A stretch of DNA of 51,777 nucleotides from a virus. Its lineage: Duplodnaviria > Caudoviricetes. This document shows positions 43,701 through 51,777 of this stretch, one piece after another. Both the position numbers and the translations under genes were made by a program. The notes under the pieces were generated by a model. The model was not told where the DNA came from and made no database searches. It worked only from the letters and a program-made list of their open reading frames with translations. The DNA is taken from positions 1 to 51,777 of IMG/VR virus record IMGVR_UViG_3300020042_005180. One strand, 5' to 3'. Each line of letters begins with the position of its first letter. Position 1 is the first letter of the stretch.

Positions 43701-44786
43701 GTTCATGTTTATACCAATATCATTACAGTCTGAAATATTTCTAAACTGTAAATAGTTACCATATATCAATCTATTTCCAATCATGTCTTGTGCCTGAGCC
43801 CTTAACGGTACATTGTCAAATAGTCTTGTTATCTGATCTGAAGATATTGGGGCATATATCTTGTTATTTCTAAATGTAAAGTTAAACGTACTATTGCTTT
43901 GTATTGACATGTTTGCCTTGTTCAGGTTCTCAATAATCATTACATTTAAGCTACGTGTATCTCTAACAAGTAGTTGTATCTCTGTTACAAATTCATTTCC
44001 AGTTTCAAATGTAATATCAGCCTTGTTCATGGTGTTAACCATCCCCTTGTTGTCACCAGTTTGAAAGTCTATGCTAATTAATCCAGGTATAAATGCAACT
44101 GAAGAGAACGGAGATATTGAGCTGTACTCGTTATCTATGTACTTATATCTGTATGCAAAGTATAAAAACTTCTCCTCTAGGTTATTTGTTTGTATAGTAG
44201 TATCATTACTTAATGATATGTAAGGAGCATTCATTGGTGGGTTGAGGATAACATTTATGTCTAATGGAATCCTTGGATCGTTTAGGCCATAAGATTTGCA
44301 CCTTGTTATGTTTATTCTTCTAGGTGGGTTATAGTTATCAGTCCAGAATAAGTACGAGTCACCGTCCTCTCCCTCTAAGTAATTTACACCTGTTATTATC
44401 CTGCTTGAGTCAAAATTTAAATAGTTACCACCAGCTACAGTGCACTCAAGTACCCTTGTCATTGTGTTGCTGGCTTCATTGTACTCTATAATAGCGTCTG
44501 AGTTTGCACACGTAATAAACCAATATATAAGATTTTTAGCCTCGTATGCAACGGCACCTATAGTAGTTGCTGTATTTCCTTGTCCAACAAAACTATTTGT
44601 TACCATGTTAACAAAAGGAAATACTAGCTTTGCACCCAATCCATTCTGTAGGGCACCTATATTAGATCCAGACGATGTGTCTATGGTAACATTTAGAGCA
44701 TGTCGATATTGTCCGTCAGGCAGTAACCTCTCGTCAATATCTTTGTTCATCTTTCCAGCAACAAATGTTCTTTGTAAGTTAGGCAT
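40701..44786 (-). CDS. Tail stabilisation/muzzle-like protein (N-terminal part)
   Basis: MNKDIDERLLPDGQYRHALNV, LFWTDNYNPPRRIN, FAYRYKY, YGISNNPESFA, YFTDEKRG, GGYDPY. Confidence 0.8.
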   Translation of the reverse strand: MPNLQRTFVAGKMNKDIDERLLPDGQYRHALNVTIDTSSGSNIGALQNGLGAKLVFPFVNMVTNSFVGQGNTATTIGAVAYEAKNLIYWFITCANSDAIIEYNEASNTMTRVLECTVAGGNYLNFDSSRIITGVNYLEGEDGDSYLFWTDNYNPPRRINITRCKSYGLNDPRIPLDINVILNPPMNAPYISLSNDTTIQTNNLEEKFLYFAYRYKYIDNEYSSISPFSSVAFIPGLISIDFQTGDNKGMVNTMNKADITFETGNEFVTEIQLLVRDTRSLNVMIIENLNKANMSIQSNSTFNFTFRNNKIYAPISSDQITRLFDNVPLRAQAQDMIGNRLIYGNYLQFRNISDCNDIGINMNFTVNYIPTILPIDPTFGSIIPRPTFRSDRDYEVGIIYGDDYGRMTTALTSTNSNVTNNGSNAVYIPPLNSDTANSLLVEIKNFPPCWATNYRLVIKQAKQTYYNIFPRSFYASGSFRYFLINESDRDKFKVGGYLIFKTATGGATHSNKQFKILELEQKPALFIPNALEGLYFKIKIDSGDLFLIAPTAQTCGGTALGTNNPNSSPLAIGYTVPVLVNSSNAAGTGGYMNMQDRYTTSPIFYGSSVLSSGAMITSFQDPGLQAIAGFTGIGLSNRFYGGIDLRYTIQIGPGNTYRYTSDIAGFTGWSAYIPITINTLHYINLPSGQTGVAVNLPNLAFVIKWTSFSASPGDRFIVNCRSLNGNNYFNSSNTNDLGLLETHYKKTGGFAIVNCNCNGPVYAGAVISITIKRDKYNPNAYTTLQTFPPSQQNYNNIEEWFIESGAYLLFKEVNNNGNDIGSRGVWFRNTTGAAQTQVYPPYSSIANIQIYNSTAGNQEATNFTYNRWDGTNVKMFLKGLGKRDGNNKQNVIETYFTITQTAPSDFIVCETVPSENDVDIFHELTRTYPIINNKHISRWQYNTKGSTFGGTRLTQTAKNQPHYFTVGDKIYINSVGITPTTLYTITAIPSRYSIIINLPFPGGPTIPGSVSWNTNDKDQTGVTNGATIQLNNPNYINSDYNAFCFGTGLESYRIKDDYANAKMGYSPRVTTIIEDYSEQNQFASLTYSGIFRGDSSVNRLNEFNLSLANFMNLDKQYGPVRKLHARDSNLLVLHQDKVTSVLYGKNLLVDALGGGQVASIPEVLGNQIAYPGEYGISNNPESFACNGTDVYFTDEKRGVVLSLTGDKISTISSDGMTDYFRDLMIDMTNKQKIGGYDPYNRAYVLSANQKTSLPCQLSLFPNQKSVGATIGGAAIFLFAVTTPQPTWTMQLIDNGFGTNWVNYSFPPGGYDQLIWGNVAPNNTGAVRSVIFEVYYCGGSKQFVLTQGSGTLVGITNIVTSNS

Positions 44787-44788
44787 AG

Positions 44789-45697
44789 TTATTTAATCCA
44801 TTTATCTTTACCCCTCAAGCTCATCAATAGTCTTGATGGGTGTAGGTTGCTTAGTCGTATCTTAGTATTTCTAAGTGCCGCTGTCTTGTCTTTCTTAACT
44901 CTAGAAATAGCGTACTCTTGTACACCAATTTTATTGTTAAGAACAGCCCACTTTAGGTACGAATATAGATACTCTTCCGCTAGTTTATTTATTGTAATCT
45001 TTGTCTCGTCACCGTTCTCCATTCCGTCTGATACGTACTCAAGTATGATAAATGAATTCTCAACACCAGTAGAAAAATCAATTATTCCTAAAGATTTATT
45101 GATTGAAAACTTAGGGTTAACGTTAGAATCTTCAGGACTTATACCGTACCGTTGTCCTAGGCTGTATCCAAAGAACCAGTCACCATTGCAGCACCATCCC
45201 ATAGATCCGTTATACGCACCTGGGCCAGTGTATAGCTCCTTGTTCTGTCTTAGTATGTCTATCTTTGAGTCAGCGATCACAACCTGACCGTTTGAGTCAA
45301 ACACAAGCTCTAAGTCATTGTCTTGCAGGTAGGCCGTTGCTGACATTACCGTCCTATTCTCAACCAATGGGATAAGTAAACCATTGCGGAGCATAGACAT
45401 CCTAACATAGTTTACGTAGTCTGGAGGAAGTACCAACTTTAGGTCGTCTCCCATCTCTATCTCTAGAACCTTAATGTTTCTAAGTGCGTCATAGTTTAAC
45501 TCCTGTACAGCCCTCTTTGCATGAAACAATAGCGTGTATCTATCAACATTGTTTACCAGCTTGTCGTTGCCTACATACATAAGCATAAAGTTGTTGACAA
45601 TATCAAAAAGACTTACGTACTGATAAGACCCCCAGTTTGTGTCCTGTGGGATAGTTCCATTGTTCGTGTAGTACTGATAGTTAGTTATGTATGACAT
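44789..45697 (-). CDS. Head-tail ring/adaptor structural protein
   Basis: LPPDYVNYVR, ILEYVSDG; position in module. Confidence 0.65.
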   Translation of the reverse strand: MSYITNYQYYTNNGTIPQDTNWGSYQYVSLFDIVNNFMLMYVGNDKLVNNVDRYTLLFHAKRAVQELNYDALRNIKVLEIEMGDDLKLVLPPDYVNYVRMSMLRNGLLIPLVENRTVMSATAYLQDNDLELVFDSNGQVVIADSKIDILRQNKELYTGPGAYNGSMGWCCNGDWFFGYSLGQRYGISPEDSNVNPKFSINKSLGIIDFSTGVENSFIILEYVSDGMENGDETKITINKLAEEYLYSYLKWAVLNNKIGVQEYAISRVKKDKTAALRNTKIRLSNLHPSRLLMSLRGKDKWIK

Positions 45698-45700
45698 CTA

Positions 45701-46429
45701 TTATTGTTTTTGTTGAGCGTCCTGTATTTCTTCTGATTTTGCTGCCGCTGACACCTCCTGTTCCCTTATCGAAATACCTGCATATTGTAATATCTTTACA
45801 ACTAAATTCACAAAGTCGCTCTGTGGTAACTCAAAGTCAATAGACAGTGCGGCATTAAATAAAGCCTCACCATTGGGTGTAGTGATAAATGTCCATTGAG
45901 GAATGTATGGATACCTTATGTATCTAATAAGTACATTACTAGTTATAGATGTTGGATACACTTTGATATCCTCAGATAGCATCTGAAAGTTGGATAAACT
46001 AAATGTCCCAGTTGACAATATGTATACTGGGTAGTTTACTGTTGGAGCAGTAAGGTTTGATGACAGTAGATTAAAGATCTTACTATGCTCAACCCTTTCT
46101 ACTTCAACGCTGTTGTTATATACTAACTTCTCTATATAATAATAGTCAGTAGGCGTGTTAAACTTTCCAGGTACGACATCATATATAAGTGGAGTATACA
46201 CCGAAAATCGGTCAAGCATTTCTGACACCTTTTGTGGAATGTTTGAATAGCCTTCACCATTTGCACGATTGTTTTGTTTTACTATCTCATTTGTATACGA
46301 GTACATGTACTGCTCAAATATTTCATTTTGAGCCATCCTAGCAAATGTATTAAATTCATCAGGAGTTATGTAACCTCTATTATCTTTGTTTACTATGTTT
46401 AGTACGGTACGTCTAACGTCATCTATCAT
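45701..46429 (-). CDS. Head-tail ring/adaptor structural protein
   Basis: NKDNRGYITPDEFN..A..AQ, YIRYP, DFELP, LVVKILQYAG; TATCTTTG box at 46444-46451. Confidence 0.7.
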   Translation of the reverse strand: MIDDVRRTVLNIVNKDNRGYITPDEFNTFARMAQNEIFEQYMYSYTNEIVKQNNRANGEGYSNIPQKVSEMLDRFSVYTPLIYDVVPGKFNTPTDYYYIEKLVYNNSVEVERVEHSKIFNLLSSNLTAPTVNYPVYILSTGTFSLSNFQMLSEDIKVYPTSITSNVLIRYIRYPYIPQWTFITTPNGEALFNAALSIDFELPQSDFVNLVVKILQYAGISIREQEVSAAAKSEEIQDAQQKQ

Positions 46430-46454
46430 TGGGATGCTTTTTACAAAGATAAAT

Positions 46455-46484
46455 AAAAAAAGGCACTTAAACTAAGTGCCCTTT
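46455..46484 (-). terminator. Intrinsic terminator
   Basis: GGCACTTA-GTT-TAAGTGCC then a T7 run on the minus strand. Confidence 0.75.
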
Positions 46485-46507
46485 AATTTTTAAATTACCT
46501 AATACTA

Positions 46508-46828
46508 TTATGCAATAGCTACAGAAGTAATCAATTGTTGTACTAACCCAACCATTGGTAAAGCTGGTACGATAATCGCATCAGGATTAGATGAAGAGCT
46601 ATTAGCACTTGCCAAAGCATTAACAACTGCATAGTGAGATGCATAAGTAGCATCAGCAGTAGTAAATGTAATAGTAAGCTCATCAGTTAGAGCAGAACCA
46701 CCAAACATAGTTAAAACTAAAGTTGATGTACTTGGCATTGTAATTAAATAATCTGAATTAGCTGAGATTAAAGCTTTTGGAAGTGCTGTAGCAGCTCCAA
46801 TTGTAAATTGTAAGAATTTTCTGTTCAT
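46508..46828 (-). CDS. Small Ala/Thr-rich putative virion protein
   Basis: 106 aa; TATATTTG box at 46859-46866 and downstream terminator. Confidence 0.7.
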   Translation of the reverse strand: MNRKFLQFTIGAATALPKALISANSDYLITMPSTSTLVLTMFGGSALTDELTITFTTADATYASHYAVVNALASANSSSSNPDAIIVPALPMVGLVQQLITSVAIA

Positions 46829-46866
46829 TTTAAAATGTTTTAATTGTTAATAACAGTACAAATATA

Positions 46867-47631
46867 CTAATTTTCTGAGAACTTATCGTCAAGGTATTTG
46901 TATAGATCTAATCCCTCGTCAGACTGTAGATAAGAAGACAGTACATACAATGGATCCTCTCCAAATGGAATTGTCATTAATTTTTTCTTATTGTCCTTAA
47001 GATTATAAAAAATCTCTTTCTTATTATTTCTATATGATAAGTATCCATCAGACATAGCTCTAGCAGCTATATTGTTTACCCTTAGTGATGGGTCATTAAT
47101 CGCCTCCATAAAGTCTTGAGGGTATCTTTTTGCAAACATCATCACGTCTCTCTTTAATTCAGAGGTCTTCATTGATTCTACATTTGATCCCATCAACAAC
47201 CTTGCTACTGACTCAAGTGTAGAAACATCTAAGTCTCTTGCTGCTAACTGTGCATCAAGTTGGTCATATAACATCATCATGTCTTCCTGAGCATCTTTTT
47301 CATTGTCAAACTCATAAAACTCATTACCGTTGTTTGGATGATAATGTAAAAACTCTTGTAGAACAGGATTGTTTTTTGGTACACTTAATACGCCATCCTC
47401 AAAAACAATAGGCTCCAAAATAACATTTGCATCTTGTTCTTCTTGAAATGGTGAATTAGAATTTCTAGCATACCTAAGTGCGTGATTAGAGTTTGTCTCT
47501 TCGTTATAGTAAAGTAACCTCTTTCTTGGTGTGTCTTTTGATGCTATAAAATAGCTTAGTGGAGATGCTTCTCCTCTTAATAAATAAATCCTATCCTTAG
47601 GATCTAGTTTTACTCTTTTGATTTTTTCCAT
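46867..47631 (-). CDS. Hypothetical protein downstream of the major capsid gene
   Basis: 254 aa; LRYARN..SPF..EQD, IVFEDG.L.VP, LQEFL..HP. Confidence 0.75.
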   Translation of the reverse strand: MEKIKRVKLDPKDRIYLLRGEASPLSYFIASKDTPRKRLLYYNEETNSNHALRYARNSNSPFQEEQDANVILEPIVFEDGVLSVPKNNPVLQEFLHYHPNNGNEFYEFDNEKDAQEDMMMLYDQLDAQLAARDLDVSTLESVARLLMGSNVESMKTSELKRDVMMFAKRYPQDFMEAINDPSLRVNNIAARAMSDGYLSYRNNKKEIFYNLKDNKKKLMTIPFGEDPLYVLSSYLQSDEGLDLYKYLDDKFSEN

Positions 47632-47655
47632 TATATATAATTTAAATTAAAATTT

Positions 47656-47690
47656 AAAATAAAGAGGGAGACACCGTGCCCCCCTCTATA
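47656..47690 (-). terminator. Intrinsic terminator after the major capsid gene
   Basis: GAGGGGGGCAC/GTGTCTCCCTC hairpin followed by TTTATTTT on the minus strand. Confidence 0.65.
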
Positions 47691-47700
47691 TCAATTATTC

Positions 47701-49143
47701 TTATCCCTTAAAGATGAAGAAGTTATTTGCACCTAATGTACATAAAGCTCTTTCAGACAAGAAGTTAACCTCCATTGCATCTAAGTCACTTGTTTGTGCA
47801 CCACCTGCTGAACCTGTAATCCAAGTCTTGTAACGTCTGTCTTCAGTTTCAGAAGCACGGTAACGAACGTGTAAGAATGGTCTACGAGCATTTTTACCTA
47901 ACACTTGATCGTATACAGTCATTGTTCCAGCTGGAACTAATACGCCATTGATTAGACCACCAACTAAACCACCTCGAAGGGTAGCATCGTTTAAGTATTT
48001 CCAATCAGTTTTGTAGAACTCATAACCTCTTCGGAATCCAGAGAAACCTAAGTTAAGCGCCATCTCTTCTGAGTTGTCGAACAATCCGTAAGAAGTTCCA
48101 CCAGCTCCGTAAGAGTTTTGAGCAGCTAACATATCATCAATATCAAAAGAGAACTGACGATTTAAGAACAATGCATTTTCAGCGATAGCTCCTTGCTTGT
48201 CAAGACGTTGTACGATTGTATCAAAGTCACCCAATGAAGATGGGGTACCACCAGACCAAACGTTACCACGAGTTTCAATAGCATTGAACATACCCTCTGT
48301 ACCAGCAGCTGTTGATCCAGGACCAGATCCAGGAGCAGAATTAGTAGACTTAGATAATTCAGCTAAAGCACCAGATGCAGCAGCAGCAGGAACACCCTCA
48401 ACCATAGCCATCTCTAAATAATCTTCAAAACGAAGACGAGTCTCATGCTCTGACTTAATGTACCATAAGTATCCAGTAGCTCCATTTTCAGTAGTTACTT
48501 CAACCCATCCAACTTGTGCCATATCTGAACCAGATACAATGTACTTGTCCTTAATGATGATTGGCTTATTGCTAAAGAATATATCTTCAGCTTCGTTAGA
48601 TCCATCCATACCAGCAGTTCCCTTAGAAAATTCAGAACCGTAAACAAATACAGTACATAAATTAGTAGAAGCTGTACCAGCGATGATAGCTTGAGAAGCC
48701 TCATAATAAGCTACTGTAAATGTAGTTCCAGCAAGAGAAACTGCGGTAATAACACCTTTATTTGATGCAGTACCAGCATTCTGAGAAATAAATACAGTTT
48801 GACCAACTCTAAAGTTACAGACAACACCTACTTGCATGTTATAAACAACAGGTGTACCAATAACCCCTGCTACCTGTGTAGTAAATACATCTGTATATTT
48901 TGTATGTAAACGACCTTGTTCTGCCCACTTAATCATGTCAGAGTTAGAAGGAAGTTCTGCACCTACCATACGTAAGAAAGATGCAATTGATCTATTACCG
49001 TAACGTTCGAATTCTTGCTCGTATGTATCAGGAAGATACTGATTCAAGAAAGCGAAGTTTGTAATGTAGTTTGTAGGCAATGTTGCCTTCACTGAGCTAG
49101 GTGTAATCGCTACACCTGGACTCGTTTGTAATGTACCAGCCAT
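47701..49143 (-). CDS. Major capsid protein
   Basis: 480 aa after the scaffold-like gene; QYLPDTYE.EFERYGNR, WAEQGRLH, GWVEV, FLSERALC; terminator follows. Confidence 0.85.
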   Translation of the reverse strand: MAGTLQTSPGVAITPSSVKATLPTNYITNFAFLNQYLPDTYEQEFERYGNRSIASFLRMVGAELPSNSDMIKWAEQGRLHTKYTDVFTTQVAGVIGTPVVYNMQVGVVCNFRVGQTVFISQNAGTASNKGVITAVSLAGTTFTVAYYEASQAIIAGTASTNLCTVFVYGSEFSKGTAGMDGSNEAEDIFFSNKPIIIKDKYIVSGSDMAQVGWVEVTTENGATGYLWYIKSEHETRLRFEDYLEMAMVEGVPAAAASGALAELSKSTNSAPGSGPGSTAAGTEGMFNAIETRGNVWSGGTPSSLGDFDTIVQRLDKQGAIAENALFLNRQFSFDIDDMLAAQNSYGAGGTSYGLFDNSEEMALNLGFSGFRRGYEFYKTDWKYLNDATLRGGLVGGLINGVLVPAGTMTVYDQVLGKNARRPFLHVRYRASETEDRRYKTWITGSAGGAQTSDLDAMEVNFLSERALCTLGANNFFIFKG

Positions 49144-49164
49144 TTTTTTTAGTTTTTAAATTGT

Positions 49165-50256
49165 TTAACGTTTTTTTATTACTAATCTGCCTCCACGATC
49201 TTGATCTAAAACTCTAACCTGCATTCCATTACTAGGAGCGTTTTGAGGTGTTTGTCTAGTCATGTCAATATTCTTTGATTCCCTAGATACACCATCAATT
49301 GCTTCTGACTTGCCTTGCTCATAAAAGAACTTAGCAAATTTTTCTGGATTTGAGGCTACAGAAATAGCACGGTGAAAGGCTTCAGCATCTGCAAGATATC
49401 CATCATTATTTAAGAACTTCGAAATGAAGCCACTTAAATCAACTTGTTCTTGCAATAAGGTTTTAGGTTCTGCTGGCTTATAAACTAACTTCTTATTATC
49501 AGAAATGTTAAACCCGAAACCTTCGAATTTATCTGAAAATAATTCATTTGTTTTGTCAGAGAAATACCTAGACCTCTTCTGTTGCTCTTCATCGTTAAGC
49601 GAGGAAGACTCTCTATTTTTCTTGTAAGCATCATAAGCATCTCTTTCTCCTTGTGGAACAAAAGACTCCCTTGACTCAAGTGGAACCTTGTACTGTTCTT
49701 TCATTTCGTTGAAATACTTTTTAGCTTTAGCAAGCTCTTTTTTCTTTGCTATTTGTTTTTTCTTGATATCTTTTTCATCATCATAATCTGAATCATATGA
49801 AAAATTACTTTCTATATCAAACTTAATATCTTCAGCGTCTAAATCTGCATTTTGACTCTTATAATATTCAAACAACAAAGAATTGGGTTCTTCGGCATCA
49901 TAGTCTTTACTCAATTGAATAAAGTCTTGGATGCTTCGTCCCGTTTCTTTTTTATACTTTAAAAAGGTAGACACATCTTCAGGTAACTCTTCGTTATCCC
50001 TACGTTGGTCTGCCAATTCATCTAACGATGTAATCTCTCGATTCCATCTTTTCCCAAGATATGAAAGAACTCTATTATCATCTAACTCTTCAGCAATATT
50101 TTCTTCTACTACTGGTTGTAAGTTTACACTATCTATATTCTCAGGTTCAGGTGCTCCATTTAATTTCTCATCATGCTGCTTTAGCAATTGATTTTCAATT
50201 TCTGACACACTTTTTTCTTCGAACTCTACAGCCCTTACTTTAAATTCTTCTTCCAT
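49165..50256 (-). CDS. Putative capsid scaffolding protein
   Basis: Acidic coiled coil between portal and capsid genes, FFYEQGK motif; TAACTTTG box at 50278-50285. Confidence 0.65.
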   Translation of the reverse strand: MEEEFKVRAVEFEEKSVSEIENQLLKQHDEKLNGAPEPENIDSVNLQPVVEENIAEELDDNRVLSYLGKRWNREITSLDELADQRRDNEELPEDVSTFLKYKKETGRSIQDFIQLSKDYDAEEPNSLLFEYYKSQNADLDAEDIKFDIESNFSYDSDYDDEKDIKKKQIAKKKELAKAKKYFNEMKEQYKVPLESRESFVPQGERDAYDAYKKNRESSSLNDEEQQKRSRYFSDKTNELFSDKFEGFGFNISDNKKLVYKPAEPKTLLQEQVDLSGFISKFLNNDGYLADAEAFHRAISVASNPEKFAKFFYEQGKSEAIDGVSRESKNIDMTRQTPQNAPSNGMQVRVLDQDRGGRLVIKKR

Positions 50257-50282
50257 TTTATTTAATTTAATTTATTACAAAG

Positions 50283-50621
50283 TTATAACTTTTTTTTATC
50301 TTTATTTTTATCTTTATTACTACCTATATTAACTATATACTTCGCTCCTATCTCAGTAGAAAATGGGTTTGATGACTCCTTACTAATAGATCCATACAAA
50401 TTTAAAGTATTATTCTCCATGGGAACCGAATATTCTGCACCAATACTTCCAAACTTATATCCTGGGGAAACACCTGCCTGAGACTTTAAAGTAAGGTTAT
50501 CTTTCTGTAGTGTTAATCCAGCAGATGAAGAGTAGTCATCAACATTACTGTAGTAACCATATAAATCTGGAATCAGCTTTAATGGGGGAGCGGTAGTAGT
50601 TTTAGTTGTTCGTTGTTTCAT
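50283..50621 (-). CDS. Hypothetical beta-strand-rich protein
   Basis: 112 aa between portal and scaffold genes. Confidence 0.65.
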   Translation of the reverse strand: MKQRTTKTTTAPPLKLIPDLYGYYSNVDDYSSSAGLTLQKDNLTLKSQAGVSPGYKFGSIGAEYSVPMENNTLNLYGSISKESSNPFSTEIGAKYIVNIGSNKDKNKDKKKL

Positions 50622-50623
50622 AA

Positions 50624-51777
50624 TTATATAGTATTAAATGATTCTAAGTCAAACCCATCTAGTGTATCCTCATTACTCTCAAAGTTTAAAGGTGGGAGAT
50701 TATTTTTTCTTTGGTTAATCAGATCTGATTGTCTGCTTGCCTGTAAGTCAACCCTGTTGTCCTTTGCCTTTTCTTTTTCTTTTTCTCTACTCATTAATTG
50801 ACTTGACTCCATACCCCTTAGTTGCATGTTATAGTCAAACTCTATAGCCATTAATTCTTTCTTTAGATCAGCCTCTGCTCTCAACTGCTGTATAGCATAC
50901 TCAGCCTCAGCCTGCTTGATCTGTATCTTAGATTGAGATTCCATTTGAAATAATTGAGCCTTTTGTTCAGCCGCTGCTTGTTGAGTCTGCATGTTTGTCT
51001 GCATCTGCATCTGGTATTCCATCTGCTTATCTTGCTGCTGCTTCTCCATTCTCTTGCGTCTCTTAACCTTTAGCAACTCATTGCCAAGCTTAATGTTCTT
51101 GATGTTTCGTATGTCAATGGCATCCTCTAAGTCAATTGTCTGTTGCTGTAATGCTATCTGTATGTTTACCTCTAGATTTGCTCTTTGCTCTTCGTCTGGA
51201 GACAGCTCTATAAATATTCCAAAATCGTGTAGATATAGTTCCTTTATATCGTTCAGTATAGATACATTGTACTTACCAATCTGCATAGCAAACTCTTCAG
51301 CAAAGTCAGAGTACTCTAATATATCTGCAACCCTAATCGATATACATGTAGCTAAACGCTTAGTGATGTTAAGTCCAGACTCTAGTATGTGTCTAGTAGC
51401 TACGTTAGAGTTCATAGCTGCCAACTTCTGTACACCAACCAGTGCATCTGGATGAGGTGAAGTACCATCTCTAGCCTCATTGATGCCAGTCACATCTCTA
51501 ATCATGTTTAGATAGTGGTTGTAGTTACTAATAAGCGCACCCATCTTTGCTTGACCGCTATTAGAGCTTAGTTCAGTAATCGGAACTCTAGCGTTATTGA
51601 AGTCACCATCTTGTGTATAACTTCTACCAATAACACTACCAGTCTGGAAGTATAATTTAAGTGCATCCTCTGGATTGTATGCAGCACCAGTACCCAAGTC
51701 AACCTCATTGATACCATCTGCATCAATAAATACCCCATCAGGAACGACTCTAGCCATAACCTGTTGAAGCTTAAGGT
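50624..51777 (-). CDS. Portal protein (3' part; 5' end outside the window)
   Basis: IRDVTGINEARDG, LVGVQKLAA, DFGIF, Gln-rich coiled-coil C-terminus; upstream of scaffold and capsid genes. Confidence 0.85.
   Translation of the reverse strand, partial: LKLQQVMARVVPDGVFIDADGINEVDLGTGAAYNPEDALKLYFQTGSVIGRSYTQDGDFNNARVPITELSSNSGQAKMGALISNYNHYLNMIRDVTGINEARDGTSPHPDALVGVQKLAAMNSNVATRHILESGLNITKRLATCISIRVADILEYSDFAEEFAMQIGKYNVSILNDIKELYLHDFGIFIELSPDEEQRANLEVNIQIALQQQTIDLEDAIDIRNIKNIKLGNELLKVKRRKRMEKQQQDKQMEYQMQMQTNMQTQQAAAEQKAQLFQMESQSKIQIKQAEAEYAIQQLRAEADLKKELMAIEFDYNMQLRGMESSQLMSREKEKEKAKDNRVDLQASRQSDLINQRKNNLPPLNFESNEDTLDGFDLESFNTI

Noticed and set aside
504-51455. Numerous antisense ORFs in the track (e.g. 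882..1334, 23395..24027, 44847..45287, 50991..51455)
   Set aside because: Shadow frames opposite well-supported genes, with no recognisable motifs or leaders.
1-51777. Alternative genetic code (stop-codon reassignment as in some crAss-like phages)
   Set aside because: Long genes are intact under the standard code; TAA, TAG and TGA all terminate genes; no suppressor tRNA seen.
1-51777. Integrase, DNA polymerase, terminase or lysin genes
   Set aside because: None recognised in this window; they may lie outside it, so lifestyle cannot be determined.

Overview
Part of a tailed dsDNA phage genome (about 52 kb, truncated at both ends). The host is most likely in the Bacteroidota, based on many TAnnTTTG -7 promoter boxes, A-rich leaders without Shine-Dalgarno sites, a DUF3127-type SSB and a BT4734/VirE-N-type primase. 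Layout: (i) 1-4023, minus strand: GroES (partial), GroEL and basic hypothetical proteins. (ii) About 4050-4860: non-coding strand switch, possibly a genome terminus or packaging site plus the early leader. (iii) 4867-20794, plus strand: many small early genes behind a repeated TAACC..AAACCTAGAA..ATG leader, an origin-like inverted repeat, recombination/replication genes, tRNA-Lys(UUU) and a metallophosphoesterase. (iv) About 20800-21045: convergence zone packed with short palindromes. (v) 21048-51777, minus strand: podovirus-type virion module (portal, scaffold, major capsid, ring/adaptor, split tail stabilisation gene, Thr-tract protein plus glycosyltransferase, ejection proteins, 3702-aa polyvalent protein). 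Main findings: two complete type I hammerhead ribozymes and an anticodon-less tRNA mimic sit directly in front of the first three early genes; a conserved-looking small basic gene is nested out of frame inside the giant gene; the giant protein has domain cassettes separated by KIKxQ linkers, and one of its domains is also encoded as a free early gene. No database searches were run, so family names come from motif recognition only.
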